NCBI RefSeq assembly: GCF_026241135.1
Contig: NZ_JAPFGA010000003.1
Location: 252,956-284,955, forward strand
Direction: 5' to 3'
Source of the DNA: Galbibacter sp. EGI 63066
GTDB lineage: Bacteria; Bacteroidota; Bacteroidia; Flavobacteriales; Flavobacteriaceae
DNA: 32,000 nt
The stretch's first letter is position 1. Every line of letters begins with the position of its first letter. Below the pieces are notes generated by a model. It was not told the origin of the DNA. It saw nothing but the letters and a program-made list of their open reading frames with translations, and searched no databases. A program made the position numbers and the translations under genes. This document shows positions 1 to 7,861 of the stretch, piece after piece.

Positions 1-34
1 TTCATAAGAAACCCTTTACTATCAACTATTTTTC

Positions 35-42
35 TATTTTTG
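35..42 (+). promoter_or_regulatory. candidate Bacteroidota sigma-A -7 box (TATTTTTG)
   Basis: Exact match to the TAnnTTTG -7 consensus, ending 41 nt upstream of the ATG at 83. Motif match only. Confidence 0.35.
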
Positions 43-82
43 GTAGAAAGAAATAAAGATACTAACTAATTGACTCAAGCTT

Positions 83-964
83 ATGAATTTTTCATTTTTT
101 AAAAAGCCACTGACTTTACTGGTGGCAACGACTCTCATTCTTATAAGTGCCTGTTCAGGTTCATCACAAGATAATTTTGGCGGTTTGGCTCTTTATACCG
201 TTCGTGATGATATGGGCAAAGATGCCAAAGCAACGCTGCAAAAAGTAGCTGATGCAGGCTATGTAAACATAGAAGCTGCCGGATATGACAATGGCAAATT
301 TTACAATATGTCTCCCGAAGACTTTAAAAGTTTTGTTTCTGAGATTGGGCTAACCCCCATCAGTTCCCACAATGCAACAGTGACCCTAGAAAATGCCGAC
401 AAAATGATAGCTGATGTAAAAGCGGCCGGTTTTCAATATTTTGTGATCCCCATTCCACCAATGGGACACTTCACATTCGACCAAAAAACCAGAACCATGG
501 GGATGAAAGGTGATATTAAAACCGTAACCGATATCATAAATACTATTGGAAAAAAATGTACTGAAGCGGGTATAAAGCTACTTTATCACAACCACGATTT
601 TGAATTTAAGAAAAATAAAGATGGTATTGTTCCGATTGAATATTTCCTGGAGAATACCGATCCTAAACACGTGAATTTCCAAATGGACTTGTATTGGGTA
701 ACCAAAGCCGGAGCAGATCCTGTTGAATATTTTGAAAAATATCCAGGACGTTTTAAAATGTGGCACGTAAAAGATATGGACGAACAAGGAAGGTATGCTC
801 CTGTAGGAACGGGAACCATCGACTTTGGGCGTATTTTAGATAAAAAAGAAGAATCCGGCATGAAATATTATATGGTGGAACAAGACATGACCTTCGACGG
901 GCAACAAGCTCTTGAAGCTATCAAAATAAGCCATGACGGACTTAAAACATTCGGATTTAAATAA
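83..964 (+). CDS. sugar phosphate isomerase/epimerase (xylose-isomerase-like TIM barrel), predicted lipoprotein
   Basis: 293-aa ORF with a lipoprotein-type signal (..LILISAC/SGSS). The body has the layout and motifs I associate with the xylose isomerase-like TIM-barrel family (..LLYHNHDFEF.., ..YMVEQD..). Confidence 0.8.
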   Translation: MNFSFFKKPLTLLVATTLILISACSGSSQDNFGGLALYTVRDDMGKDAKATLQKVADAGYVNIEAAGYDNGKFYNMSPEDFKSFVSEIGLTPISSHNATVTLENADKMIADVKAAGFQYFVIPIPPMGHFTFDQKTRTMGMKGDIKTVTDIINTIGKKCTEAGIKLLYHNHDFEFKKNKDGIVPIEYFLENTDPKHVNFQMDLYWVTKAGADPVEYFEKYPGRFKMWHVKDMDEQGRYAPVGTGTIDFGRILDKKEESGMKYYMVEQDMTFDGQQALEAIKISHDGLKTFGFK

Positions 965-973
965 AAATGTAGC

Positions 974-1097
974 GGCTGTCTAAAAAGCTGCAAATTCAGA
1001 TGTCATACTGAGCCTGTCGAAGTATAATTTATTGAAATTCAATATGTCTTCGACAGGCTCAGGGTGACAAATCAAATTCACCTAGGGCTTTTCAGAC
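974..1097. repeat. palindromic MITE/REP-like intergenic element, copy A
   Basis: 21-nt arms at 1002..1022 (gtcatactgagcctgtcgaag) and 1048..1068 (cttcgacaggctcagggtgac) pair with 2 mismatches. The outer ends are also inverted (ggctgtctaaaaagc.. / ..gcttttcagacc). Its reverse complement aligns along nearly its whole length with 14829..14965. Confidence 0.8.
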
Positions 1098-1287
1098 CTC
1101 ACTTCAATCCTTTTTTCTTAAAAATGCAGTAACTACATGGTAAGGATAGCCAATATAGAATGACAGAGATCAGCATAAAGAGACAAACTGCAATAACCAA
1201 TAACAATACCCTTAAAAAATCAAGGTGTAAATTCTTTGAGATTTAGGAAACAATTTTTTTTCAATTTGCTTCCTAAAACACCTTTTT

Positions 1288-1866
1288 TTATTGGGTTTTT
1301 AGTTCTAAAGAAACAGAAACATCTACTGTTTCTGCAATTTTATTGCGTACTATTTTAGGGATTTTGATATTGAAATCCTCCGGGAGCAATACAAATTCTG
1401 AGCTAAGAATAACAGCATCCCCGTTCCTACTCAACAAAACCGGGATGGTAATGTCTTTATTCACGCCATGAATTAACATCACCCCGGCAGCAGAATATTC
1501 AACAGGGGTTTCAGTAAGTTGTTCTGTGGTGAAATCGGTAATCCTTCCTTTAAAAGTAGCCTGCGGATAACGCGTACTTTCCGTATAGTTTTCATTAAAA
1601 TGCTCTTCCATCAGTGCCAGCTTAAACCGAAATCCTTTCATGAGGATTAATGCTGCAATTTCCCCGGAATCTGTCAACACCGCCGATACGTTTGCATGTT
1701 TGGCCTTAACTTCTTCAAAAGAAGGTACAGAAGCTTCAAACACTACATTTCCGGTACGTGTAAGGTGTTTCTCCTGCGCATGGGAAATCACACTCCACAA
1801 CAGCATACAACATGTAAAGCTGTATGAAAACCATTTAGGTACCATTCTAACATTTAGTTTATTCAT
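1288..1866 (-). CDS. YceI-like (polyisoprenoid-binding) periplasmic protein
   Basis: 192-aa ORF with a signal peptide. The core (TGNVVFEASVPSFEEVKAKH .. ATFKGRITDF ..) is typical of the YceI family. Its ATG overlaps the stop of the upstream cytochrome gene by 8 nt (ATGAATAA on the minus strand). Confidence 0.8.
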   Translation of the reverse strand: MNKLNVRMVPKWFSYSFTCCMLLWSVISHAQEKHLTRTGNVVFEASVPSFEEVKAKHANVSAVLTDSGEIAALILMKGFRFKLALMEEHFNENYTESTRYPQATFKGRITDFTTEQLTETPVEYSAAGVMLIHGVNKDITIPVLLSRNGDAVILSSEFVLLPEDFNIKIPKIVRNKIAETVDVSVSLELKTQ

Positions 1867-2218
1867 TCAGACCCTGTTCTATCCACGCATCAATGATATC
1901 CCGGTTACTTTGAGACATCAGTCCGGTAGGTGGCATCGGGTTAGAGCTACTATTAATACGGGTATTAAGTCCCCTGTTATTCACTGCATCAACCACGTTA
2001 TTATAGGTGACAAGTGACATTGGTGCATCATTTTGCGGCGGATTAGCATGACACTGAATACAATTATTGTCTATAATAGCTTTTACATCGCCAGAATAAG
2101 TAACTTCTTCACCGTTTCCACCATTTCCGGGTGGCGGCTCCATTGCACTATCATCACTACCGGAACAGCCGATCAACAACATTGCAAAACATCCTGAAAT
2201 AATACTTTTTATATTCAT
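1859..2218 (-). CDS. mono-haem c-type cytochrome lipoprotein (PSCyt1-like domain)
   Basis: 119-aa ORF with lipobox LLIGC and a single CXXCH motif (CIQCH). A downstream PMPP and the C-terminal ..IDAWIEQG.. resemble Planctomycete-type cytochrome c domains. Confidence 0.7.
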   Translation of the reverse strand: MNIKSIISGCFAMLLIGCSGSDDSAMEPPPGNGGNGEEVTYSGDVKAIIDNNCIQCHANPPQNDAPMSLVTYNNVVDAVNNRGLNTRINSSSNPMPPTGLMSQSNRDIIDAWIEQGLNE

Positions 2219-2371
2219 TTTTGAGGGAATGAAATATGTTAATTGATTTTTACTGATGAATATGCGATCCTATAAATTAGAATAATACTCAAACATTATT
2301 CACCATTTATTACACTCAGATAGAAACTACCTGCTAAGAGGTCTAATATTATTAACACATAATTCGTGTCA

Positions 2372-2417
2372 TATTATTAATAAATAGTGTCAAGAAGTGA
2401 TTTATTATTAATAAATA
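2372..2417. repeat. two exact 15-nt direct repeats (tattattaataaata), each holding the 10-bp palindrome ttattaataa
   Basis: Copies at 2372..2386 and 2403..2417, 31 nt start to start, with a third partial copy (tattattaa) at 2347..2355. They lie in the divergent intergenic region between the cytochrome/YceI operon and the OB-fold/DUF5777 genes. Confidence 0.6.
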
Positions 2418-2490
2418 TACGATTTTTTTAATAATTTAATCAAATAAATCCATTTTTCTTATATTTAATAGAGTAAATTATAATGAGATC

Positions 2491-2868
2491 ATGAAAAGGA
2501 AAGGCTGGCTAATTTTATTAATAGGGATCGCTCTGGCAGCATTGTTCTTTTGGATATATAAACCCCATAGAACAATTGAATCGGAAACACCCTCGTATAC
2601 CGGTACAGCAGTCGATTTTGCACAGCTTTTTAATTCTGATAAGAATATGGTTATGGATAAGTGCCTCAACAAAACGCTTGTCATAACAGGGAAGCTGGTA
2701 GAACAAAACGAAAGCTTGTTGATTCTCAACAACGGAATAGTTGCCCGGTTTTCTGAAACTCCACCTATAAAAGACAGTCTAATCACATTCAAAGGACGTT
2801 TTATAGGTTATGATGAATTGTTGGAAGAGTTGAAATTTGATCAATGTATTATACTCCCCACTATGTGA
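2491..2868 (+). CDS. membrane-anchored OB-fold protein (tRNA_anti-like family), function unknown
   Basis: 125-aa ORF with an N-terminal TM helix (WLILLIGIALAALFFWIY). The following ~100 aa (..LNKTLVITGKLVEQNE..) resemble the small OB-fold family common in Bacteroidota. The product call is tentative. Confidence 0.6.
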   Translation: MKRKGWLILLIGIALAALFFWIYKPHRTIESETPSYTGTAVDFAQLFNSDKNMVMDKCLNKTLVITGKLVEQNESLLILNNGIVARFSETPPIKDSLITFKGRFIGYDELLEELKFDQCIILPTM

Positions 2869-2931
2869 GATTTTAAACTGATTAATATCAGGTAAGTTGT
2901 TACACCTGAACTAACTTAAAACAAATAACAA

Positions 2932-3780
2932 ATGAAAAAATACTTTTTATTATTGCTTCTAATGCCTCTCGTGGTTGGTGCACAAGAGGACCTACTTGAC
3001 GAATTAGCCGAACACCAAGATACAACCTATGTCGTTAAAGCGGCCTTTAAGGGATTGAAGATCGTTAACTTTGAATCGACAAAGATAGCGGACAAAAATG
3101 ACCTGTATTTTATAGTCTCACACAGGTTCGGGAGTGTTAAAAATGGTATAGACGACTTCTTCGGATTGGATAATGCCGTTACACGCCTTCAATTTGTGTA
3201 TAGTATGGGACATGGCTTTCAAATAGGTATTTCCCGAAGCTCCTTTCAACAAACTTACGAAGCTTCTTTAAAATACAGATTGGTACAGCAGCGATCGCAA
3301 GGGTTTCCTTTTACCATAGTGGGGTTTTATCAACTGTCGATAAACACCTTTTTGGATGAAAACATCAAACCTGACATCTCTTTTTCCGATCGCCTCACCA
3401 ATACCATACAAGTATTAGCTTCGCGCAAATTTTCTGAAAAATTCTCACTGCAATTAATGCCTACATTCTTTCACGAAAACTATGTGTTTTATGAACCACA
3501 GGAAAAATCACAATTCGCATTAGGCTTTGGCGGACGCTACAAATTAGGAAAACGTTGGTCTATCAATGCTGATTATGGCGTACATCTTAACAGAGCTGAT
3601 GGTTCACCATACAACAATCCGCTTTCCATAGGAGTGGATTTGGAAACCGGCGGACATGTTTTTCAGATGCATTTTAGTAATGCCCAGCCCATGCATGAGG
3701 CCGGATATCTGGGGCAAGCCACCGGCGATTGGGGCGATGGCGATATTTACTTCGGATTTAACCTATCACGGGTTTTCTAA
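2932..3780 (+). CDS. DUF5777-family outer-membrane beta-barrel protein
   Basis: 282-aa ORF with a signal peptide (..PLVVGAQE), an alternating beta-strand pattern, a terminal aromatic residue (..LSRVF) and the GGHVFQMHFSN motif I recall for DUF5777. Confidence 0.7.
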   Translation: MKKYFLLLLLMPLVVGAQEDLLDELAEHQDTTYVVKAAFKGLKIVNFESTKIADKNDLYFIVSHRFGSVKNGIDDFFGLDNAVTRLQFVYSMGHGFQIGISRSSFQQTYEASLKYRLVQQRSQGFPFTIVGFYQLSINTFLDENIKPDISFSDRLTNTIQVLASRKFSEKFSLQLMPTFFHENYVFYEPQEKSQFALGFGGRYKLGKRWSINADYGVHLNRADGSPYNNPLSIGVDLETGGHVFQMHFSNAQPMHEAGYLGQATGDWGDGDIYFGFNLSRVF

Positions 3781-3956
3781 GTTAGCATCCAAGTAAACTA
3801 CCTCAGAGCACACACAAGCACCCGCTTGAATGACATAGTCGAGCAGGTTAGGTAATAATTTAAACACAAGTGTCGGGACATTAAAAACCTCACTTAGTCA
3901 GTCAATTTTAACAGCTTATTAAATATTGTAATTGTATTTTATTAACTTGCTCTGGT

Positions 3957-3964
3957 TATATTTG
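3957..3964 (+). promoter_or_regulatory. candidate -7 box (TATATTTG)
   Basis: Exact TAnnTTTG match ~100 nt upstream of the M28 peptidase start. Motif match only. Confidence 0.3.
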
Positions 3965-4067
3965 AAAAATATCAATGCTTTAACAAAAAATGGGTCCCTC
4001 CGGGGTTTCCTAAAAGGAGTGTTGAGGCTAGATTCTAACTTGTAAAATTAACTTAAAATTCAAATCT

Positions 4068-5636
4068 GTGAAAAAAATCCTATACGTTGGGTTATTCTTT
4101 GCATTGGCATGCAATAGTGCCCGCCAAGATGCAAATACCCCCTCAGCAGAGGTTAACACAACAGAAACAAGCCGTGTTTCTTATGCGAATACCATTACTG
4201 AAGAAGAATTAAAAGAACATTTATACACCTATGCCTCTGATGAATTTGAAGGAAGGGAAACCGGAGAACCGGGACAGAAAAAAGCGGTAGAATATTTAAA
4301 AAAGGAGTATTTGGAATTGGGTATTCCGGCAGCCAAAGGAAACGATGATTACTTTCAGAAAGTACCCTTGGAAATAAGTGGGATTCCTTCCGGAAGTATT
4401 AAAATTGGCGATAGTGACTATGCTTTAGGCGATGGGATTATCACATTCTCTTCTGTTCCAAATCAATCTTATGATATCGTATATGCAGGTTTCGGTATTG
4501 AAACAGATGTATATTCTGATTATTCAAACGTTGATGTTTCCGGAAAATATGTATTGATCAAAATAGGGGAACCAAAAAATGAAGACGGGACTTATACCTT
4601 CTCCGGAACCAATGAGCCTTCAAAATGGTCGAACTGGAGAGAAACCTTGGGCACAAGGATAGAAACTGCCCACAAAAATGGGGCGGCTGGTATTCTGTAT
4701 TACGACGATACGTATTTCAGTAGAGCTATGGGAAGGTATCAACACTATTTACAAGCTGATAACGGCGGAAGCATTTCCTTGAAAAGCAATGAGGAAAAGC
4801 CTGCTTATTTTTTTATAAATGAAGAAGTTGCAACGACAATTTATCCTGAAATAAATACCTCTAATAATAGCAAAGTTTTAGATCAAAAAATTAAGTTGGA
4901 TCTTCAAAACAAGGTTGAAGATGTAGATTCTGAAAATGTAGTGGCTGTTATCAAAGGAAAGAGCAAACCGGAAGAATATTTGGTTATTTCAGCACATTTA
5001 GATCATGTGGGAGTTGATCCCAACGGAAATGTATTCAACGGCGCCGACGACGACGGAAGCGGAACCGTAGCCATACTTGAAATTGCAGAAGCCTTCAAAA
5101 AAGCAGCCGATGAAGGCAATGGCCCGGAAAGATCGATTGTTTTCCTGCACGTTACCGGAGAGGAAAAAGGATTGTTGGGATCTGAATATTACTCAGAAAA
5201 TCCTATTTTCCCAATAAAGCAAACCGTAGCTGATCTGAATATCGATATGATCGGAAGAATTGATCCAAAAAGAGATGGCGAGAGAAATTATATCTACCTG
5301 ATAGGTTCTGACAAATTAAGTACAGAACTTCATAACTTGTCGGAAGCTGTCAACAAAAAATACACTAATATTGAGTTGGATTACACCTATAATGACGAGA
5401 ACGACCCGAATCGCTTTTATTACAGAAGTGACCACTACAATTTTGCAAAACACAACGTACCGATTATTTTTTATTTTAACGGAACACATGCCGATTACCA
5501 CAAAATATCGGACACCCCGGATAAAATCAACTACGATTTATTGACAAACAGAACTCAATTGATTTTCCATACTGCATGGGAAGTAGCCAACAGAGCTGAA
5601 AGAGTCAAAGTTGACAAGCCAAAGGCCACTGAATAA
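4068..5636 (+). CDS. M28-family zinc aminopeptidase with PA domain, lipoprotein
   Basis: 522-aa ORF with a GTG start and lipobox FALAC. Metal-ligand blocks are typical of M28 (..SAHLDHVG.., ..GADDDGSG.., ..GEEKGLLGS.., ..DMIG..), and a protease-associated insert lies in the N-terminal half. Confidence 0.88.
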   Translation: MKKILYVGLFFALACNSARQDANTPSAEVNTTETSRVSYANTITEEELKEHLYTYASDEFEGRETGEPGQKKAVEYLKKEYLELGIPAAKGNDDYFQKVPLEISGIPSGSIKIGDSDYALGDGIITFSSVPNQSYDIVYAGFGIETDVYSDYSNVDVSGKYVLIKIGEPKNEDGTYTFSGTNEPSKWSNWRETLGTRIETAHKNGAAGILYYDDTYFSRAMGRYQHYLQADNGGSISLKSNEEKPAYFFINEEVATTIYPEINTSNNSKVLDQKIKLDLQNKVEDVDSENVVAVIKGKSKPEEYLVISAHLDHVGVDPNGNVFNGADDDGSGTVAILEIAEAFKKAADEGNGPERSIVFLHVTGEEKGLLGSEYYSENPIFPIKQTVADLNIDMIGRIDPKRDGERNYIYLIGSDKLSTELHNLSEAVNKKYTNIELDYTYNDENDPNRFYYRSDHYNFAKHNVPIIFYFNGTHADYHKISDTPDKINYDLLTNRTQLIFHTAWEVANRAERVKVDKPKATE

Positions 5637-5698
5637 CATCTTATTTTCCAGAAATAAACCTGTCAGGTTCTTGCTCTTGGGTCTATGTTAAACAAAAA

Positions 5699-5729
5699 AA
5701 GCTCCCCTTTTGGGAAGCTTTGTCTTTTT
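5699..5729. terminator. bidirectional intrinsic terminator between convergent genes
   Basis: The hairpin aagctcccc-tttt-gggaagctt (1 mismatch) is flanked by an A-run on the left and a T-run on the right. It lies between the M28 gene (+) and the GIY-YIG gene (-). Two more hairpins follow at 5734..5751 and 5755..5782. Confidence 0.6.
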
Positions 5730-5830
5730 GGTTCCGACAACGCAGTGTCGGTATCAAGACATTGATTTTATCAATCGTCTTGAGTGGAAGGCCGGGTTTC
5801 GACGATAAAACATCAACTTTACCAATCGTT

Positions 5831-6088
5831 CTAATCAGAACTCCCATATTTTTTTATAAAAGCTTCTAATCGTACCCTGTTCAAGTTTTTCAATTTTCGC
5901 TCTAACTGTATCGCTTCACGTTCTGTGGGTTTTGGAAGAGCTAATTTTAGCTCCCACGGAACACCTTTTGAAGTAAAAGATTCATATCCTGAATTATGCT
6001 GCTGTAACCTTTGAGTTACATCATTCGTATAACCTTTATAGTATTTGTCAAGCTTTTGAGAATACAGTATGTAAACGTAAAATGACAT
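5831..6088 (-). CDS. stand-alone GIY-YIG nuclease-domain protein (UPF0213-like)
   Basis: 85-aa ORF beginning MSFYVYILYS..KYYKGYT..RLQQHN, the classic GIY-(X10)-YIG layout. Confidence 0.85.
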   Translation of the reverse strand: MSFYVYILYSQKLDKYYKGYTNDVTQRLQQHNSGYESFTSKGVPWELKLALPKPTEREAIQLERKLKNLNRVRLEAFIKKYGSSD

Positions 6089-6096
6089 AGAGCTTA

Positions 6097-6131
6097 AAAT
6101 AAGAAAAGCCTCACCAAATAAAGTGAGGCTT
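6097..6131 (-). terminator. intrinsic terminator downstream of tRNA-His
   Basis: On the minus strand, the 9-bp stem aagcctcac/gtgaggctt with an 8-nt loop is followed by a U-rich tract (uuuucuuauuuu). It is the third of three consecutive hairpins after the tRNA; the others are 6166..6191 and 6144..6165. Confidence 0.6.
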
Positions 6132-6192
6132 GAATGCTTTAAAGTCCTGACGCTACGGTCAGGACAAATTTATGAGCAAGCTCATAAATTTG

Positions 6193-6267
6193 GGTGGAAG
6201 ACCGGGTTCGAACCGGCGACCTCTGGAACCACAATCCAGCGCTCTAACCAGCTGAGCTACAACCACC
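6193..6267 (-). tRNA. tRNA-His: tRNA-His (anticodon GTG) with encoded G-1, no encoded CCA
   Basis: The reverse complement folds by hand as G(-1) GTGGTTG TA GCTC AGCTGGTTA GAGC G CTGGA TTGTGGT TCCAG AGGTC GCCGG TTCGAAC CCGGT CTTCCAC C. D, anticodon and T arms pair cleanly. G-1 opposite C73 is the tRNA-His hallmark. Acceptor pairs 5:68 and 6:67 are U:U (see findings). Confidence 0.85.
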
Positions 6268-6282
6268 ATTTAATTGCGGATG

Positions 6283-6290
6283 CAAATGTA
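6283..6290 (-). promoter_or_regulatory. candidate -7 box (TACATTTG) for tRNA-His
   Basis: The reverse complement is an exact TAnnTTTG match ending 15 nt upstream of G-1 of the tRNA. Confidence 0.4.
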
Positions 6291-6329
6291 ATCGATTTTG
6301 TCACTTTTACAAAGATTTTTTTGCAATTT

Positions 6330-7046
6330 TTACACCAATTTATCTAACTCACTTACCCCCAATATCCTTTCCGAAGTAAAACCTTCAGCGTGACCTACAC
6401 CAATAAGTCTGCCAAGATCCTGAGCGCGATAATCCACACTATCTATAAAGTTTTTACTACTGATAGGCGTTTGCGGTTCTTCACTATTCGGATCAAAAAA
6501 TTGAGAAGCATAAGCCTGAATTGCTTTTACTTTCTTACCCATAAATCCGCTTACATCCACCACAAAATCAGGTTCCAGGTTTTTCCACTGAATGTAATGG
6601 TAAACATGTTTCGGACGCCATGCCTCCTGCCCTTCTCCATTCAATGAAGTTTCAATTTTTATCAATCCGCTTAAAAAACAGGCATCGCTCACCAATTTAC
6701 TACCTCTTCCATGGTCGATATGCCGATCGTCTATGGCATTACACAATACCTCCTCCGGACGATACTTTCGGATCATTTTTATCACCTCTAATTGATGCTG
6801 TTTATCGTTTACAAAAAAGCCGTCGGCAAAGCGTAAGTTCTCGCGTACAGAAACCCCGAGAATCTCTGCCGAAGCGGCAGCCTCTTTGTCCCTGATCTCA
6901 GCAGAGCCACGAGTACCCAACTCACCTCTGGTCAAATCTACGATTCCGACTTTTTTTCCTAAAGATATTTCTTTTGCTATAGTCGCTCCACAACCTAATT
7001 CCACATCATCCGGATGTGCTCCGAATGCCAGTATATCTAATTTCAT
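6330..7046 (-). CDS. bshB1: bacillithiol biosynthesis deacetylase BshB1 (PIG-L/LmbE family)
   Basis: MKLDILAFGAHPDDVELGCGATIAKE.. is the canonical BshB1/LmbE N-terminus, so the start is set at the internal ATG (7046). The 30 extra upstream codons in the ORF track translate a GC-rich repeat fragment. Confidence 0.82.
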   Translation of the reverse strand: MKLDILAFGAHPDDVELGCGATIAKEISLGKKVGIVDLTRGELGTRGSAEIRDKEAAASAEILGVSVRENLRFADGFFVNDKQHQLEVIKMIRKYRPEEVLCNAIDDRHIDHGRGSKLVSDACFLSGLIKIETSLNGEGQEAWRPKHVYHYIQWKNLEPDFVVDVSGFMGKKVKAIQAYASQFFDPNSEEPQTPISSKNFIDSVDYRAQDLGRLIGVGHAEGFTSERILGVSELDKLV

Positions 7047-7230
7047 ATGTTTAATTTTTTTGCATTGTCCAAAATATGCAAAAAAATGTTGCACATATGG
7101 AACCGCTGCGCTCCAGCCTGCAGCAGACAGGCTCACATGAATTTTTTTAATCTTGCATTTTTATGCATTTTATGATTAATAAAATTCATGTTCGTTTCAT
7201 GTGTCTATAATTATTGTTTTGGATGATTCA

Positions 7231-7851
7231 TCAACCCTTGATCCAGCTAATTATTTTTTCATCTATTGGTAAGGTTCTCGGCGAAATAACATCCACGAGA
7301 TACCCTTGTTCGTCTATTAAATATTTTTGAAAGTTCCACTCCACTTCAGAATCTTGAAATCCGTTTTTCGATTCCTGTGTCAAAAACTGATATACCGGAT
7401 GTATATCGTCTCCTTTCACCGAAATCTTAGCCATCATGGGGAAGGTCACTCCGTAATTCTCTTTACAAAAAGCGGCTATTTCTTTATTGCTCCCCGGTTC
7501 TTGTCCGCCAAAGTTATTGGCCGGAAAACCGACAATCACAAAATTGTCATCTTTAAAAGTCTCATAAAGCTCTTGCAAGTTTTCATACTGCGGAGTTAAT
7601 CCGCATTCACTTGCCGTGTTCACTACCATGATCTTCTTCCCTTTCAGCTGAGAAAAATCAAATTCCTCACCGTAGAGGTCTTCCACTTTAAATTGGTATA
7701 TATTTTCCTGTTGCATCTTGTTTTGGCTTTCTTGAACTACAGCTGTTAGCTGCTCTGTTTTTTCTTTCTTTTCTTCCTTGCAAGCTGTAAAACAAATCAA
7801 TGCTATGAAGAAAAGGCATGCATTTCTAAAATTAAAGCTGTGTTTTTTCAT
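7231..7851 (-). CDS. glutathione-peroxidase-family thiol peroxidase, lipoprotein with linker
   Basis: 206-aa ORF with lipobox FTAC and a Lys/Glu-rich linker. GPx signature blocks follow: VVNTASECGLTPQY, FPANNFGGQEPG, WNFQKYLI. The peroxidatic residue is Cys. Confidence 0.88.
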   Translation of the reverse strand: MKKHSFNFRNACLFFIALICFTACKEEKKEKTEQLTAVVQESQNKMQQENIYQFKVEDLYGEEFDFSQLKGKKIMVVNTASECGLTPQYENLQELYETFKDDNFVIVGFPANNFGGQEPGSNKEIAAFCKENYGVTFPMMAKISVKGDDIHPVYQFLTQESKNGFQDSEVEWNFQKYLIDEQGYLVDVISPRTLPIDEKIISWIKG

Positions 7852-7861
7852 TTCCTTATCC

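Noticed and set aside
6123-6347. 74-aa plus-strand ORF.
   Set aside because: It is the antisense translation of the tRNA-His gene and its flanking hairpins (..GFEPATSGTTIQRSNQLSYNHH..), so it is not a protein gene.
7231-7851. Selenocysteine recoding in the glutathione-peroxidase homologue.
   Set aside because: The frame is uninterrupted, and the peroxidatic position in ..ASECG.. is an ordinary Cys codon. There is no in-frame TGA.
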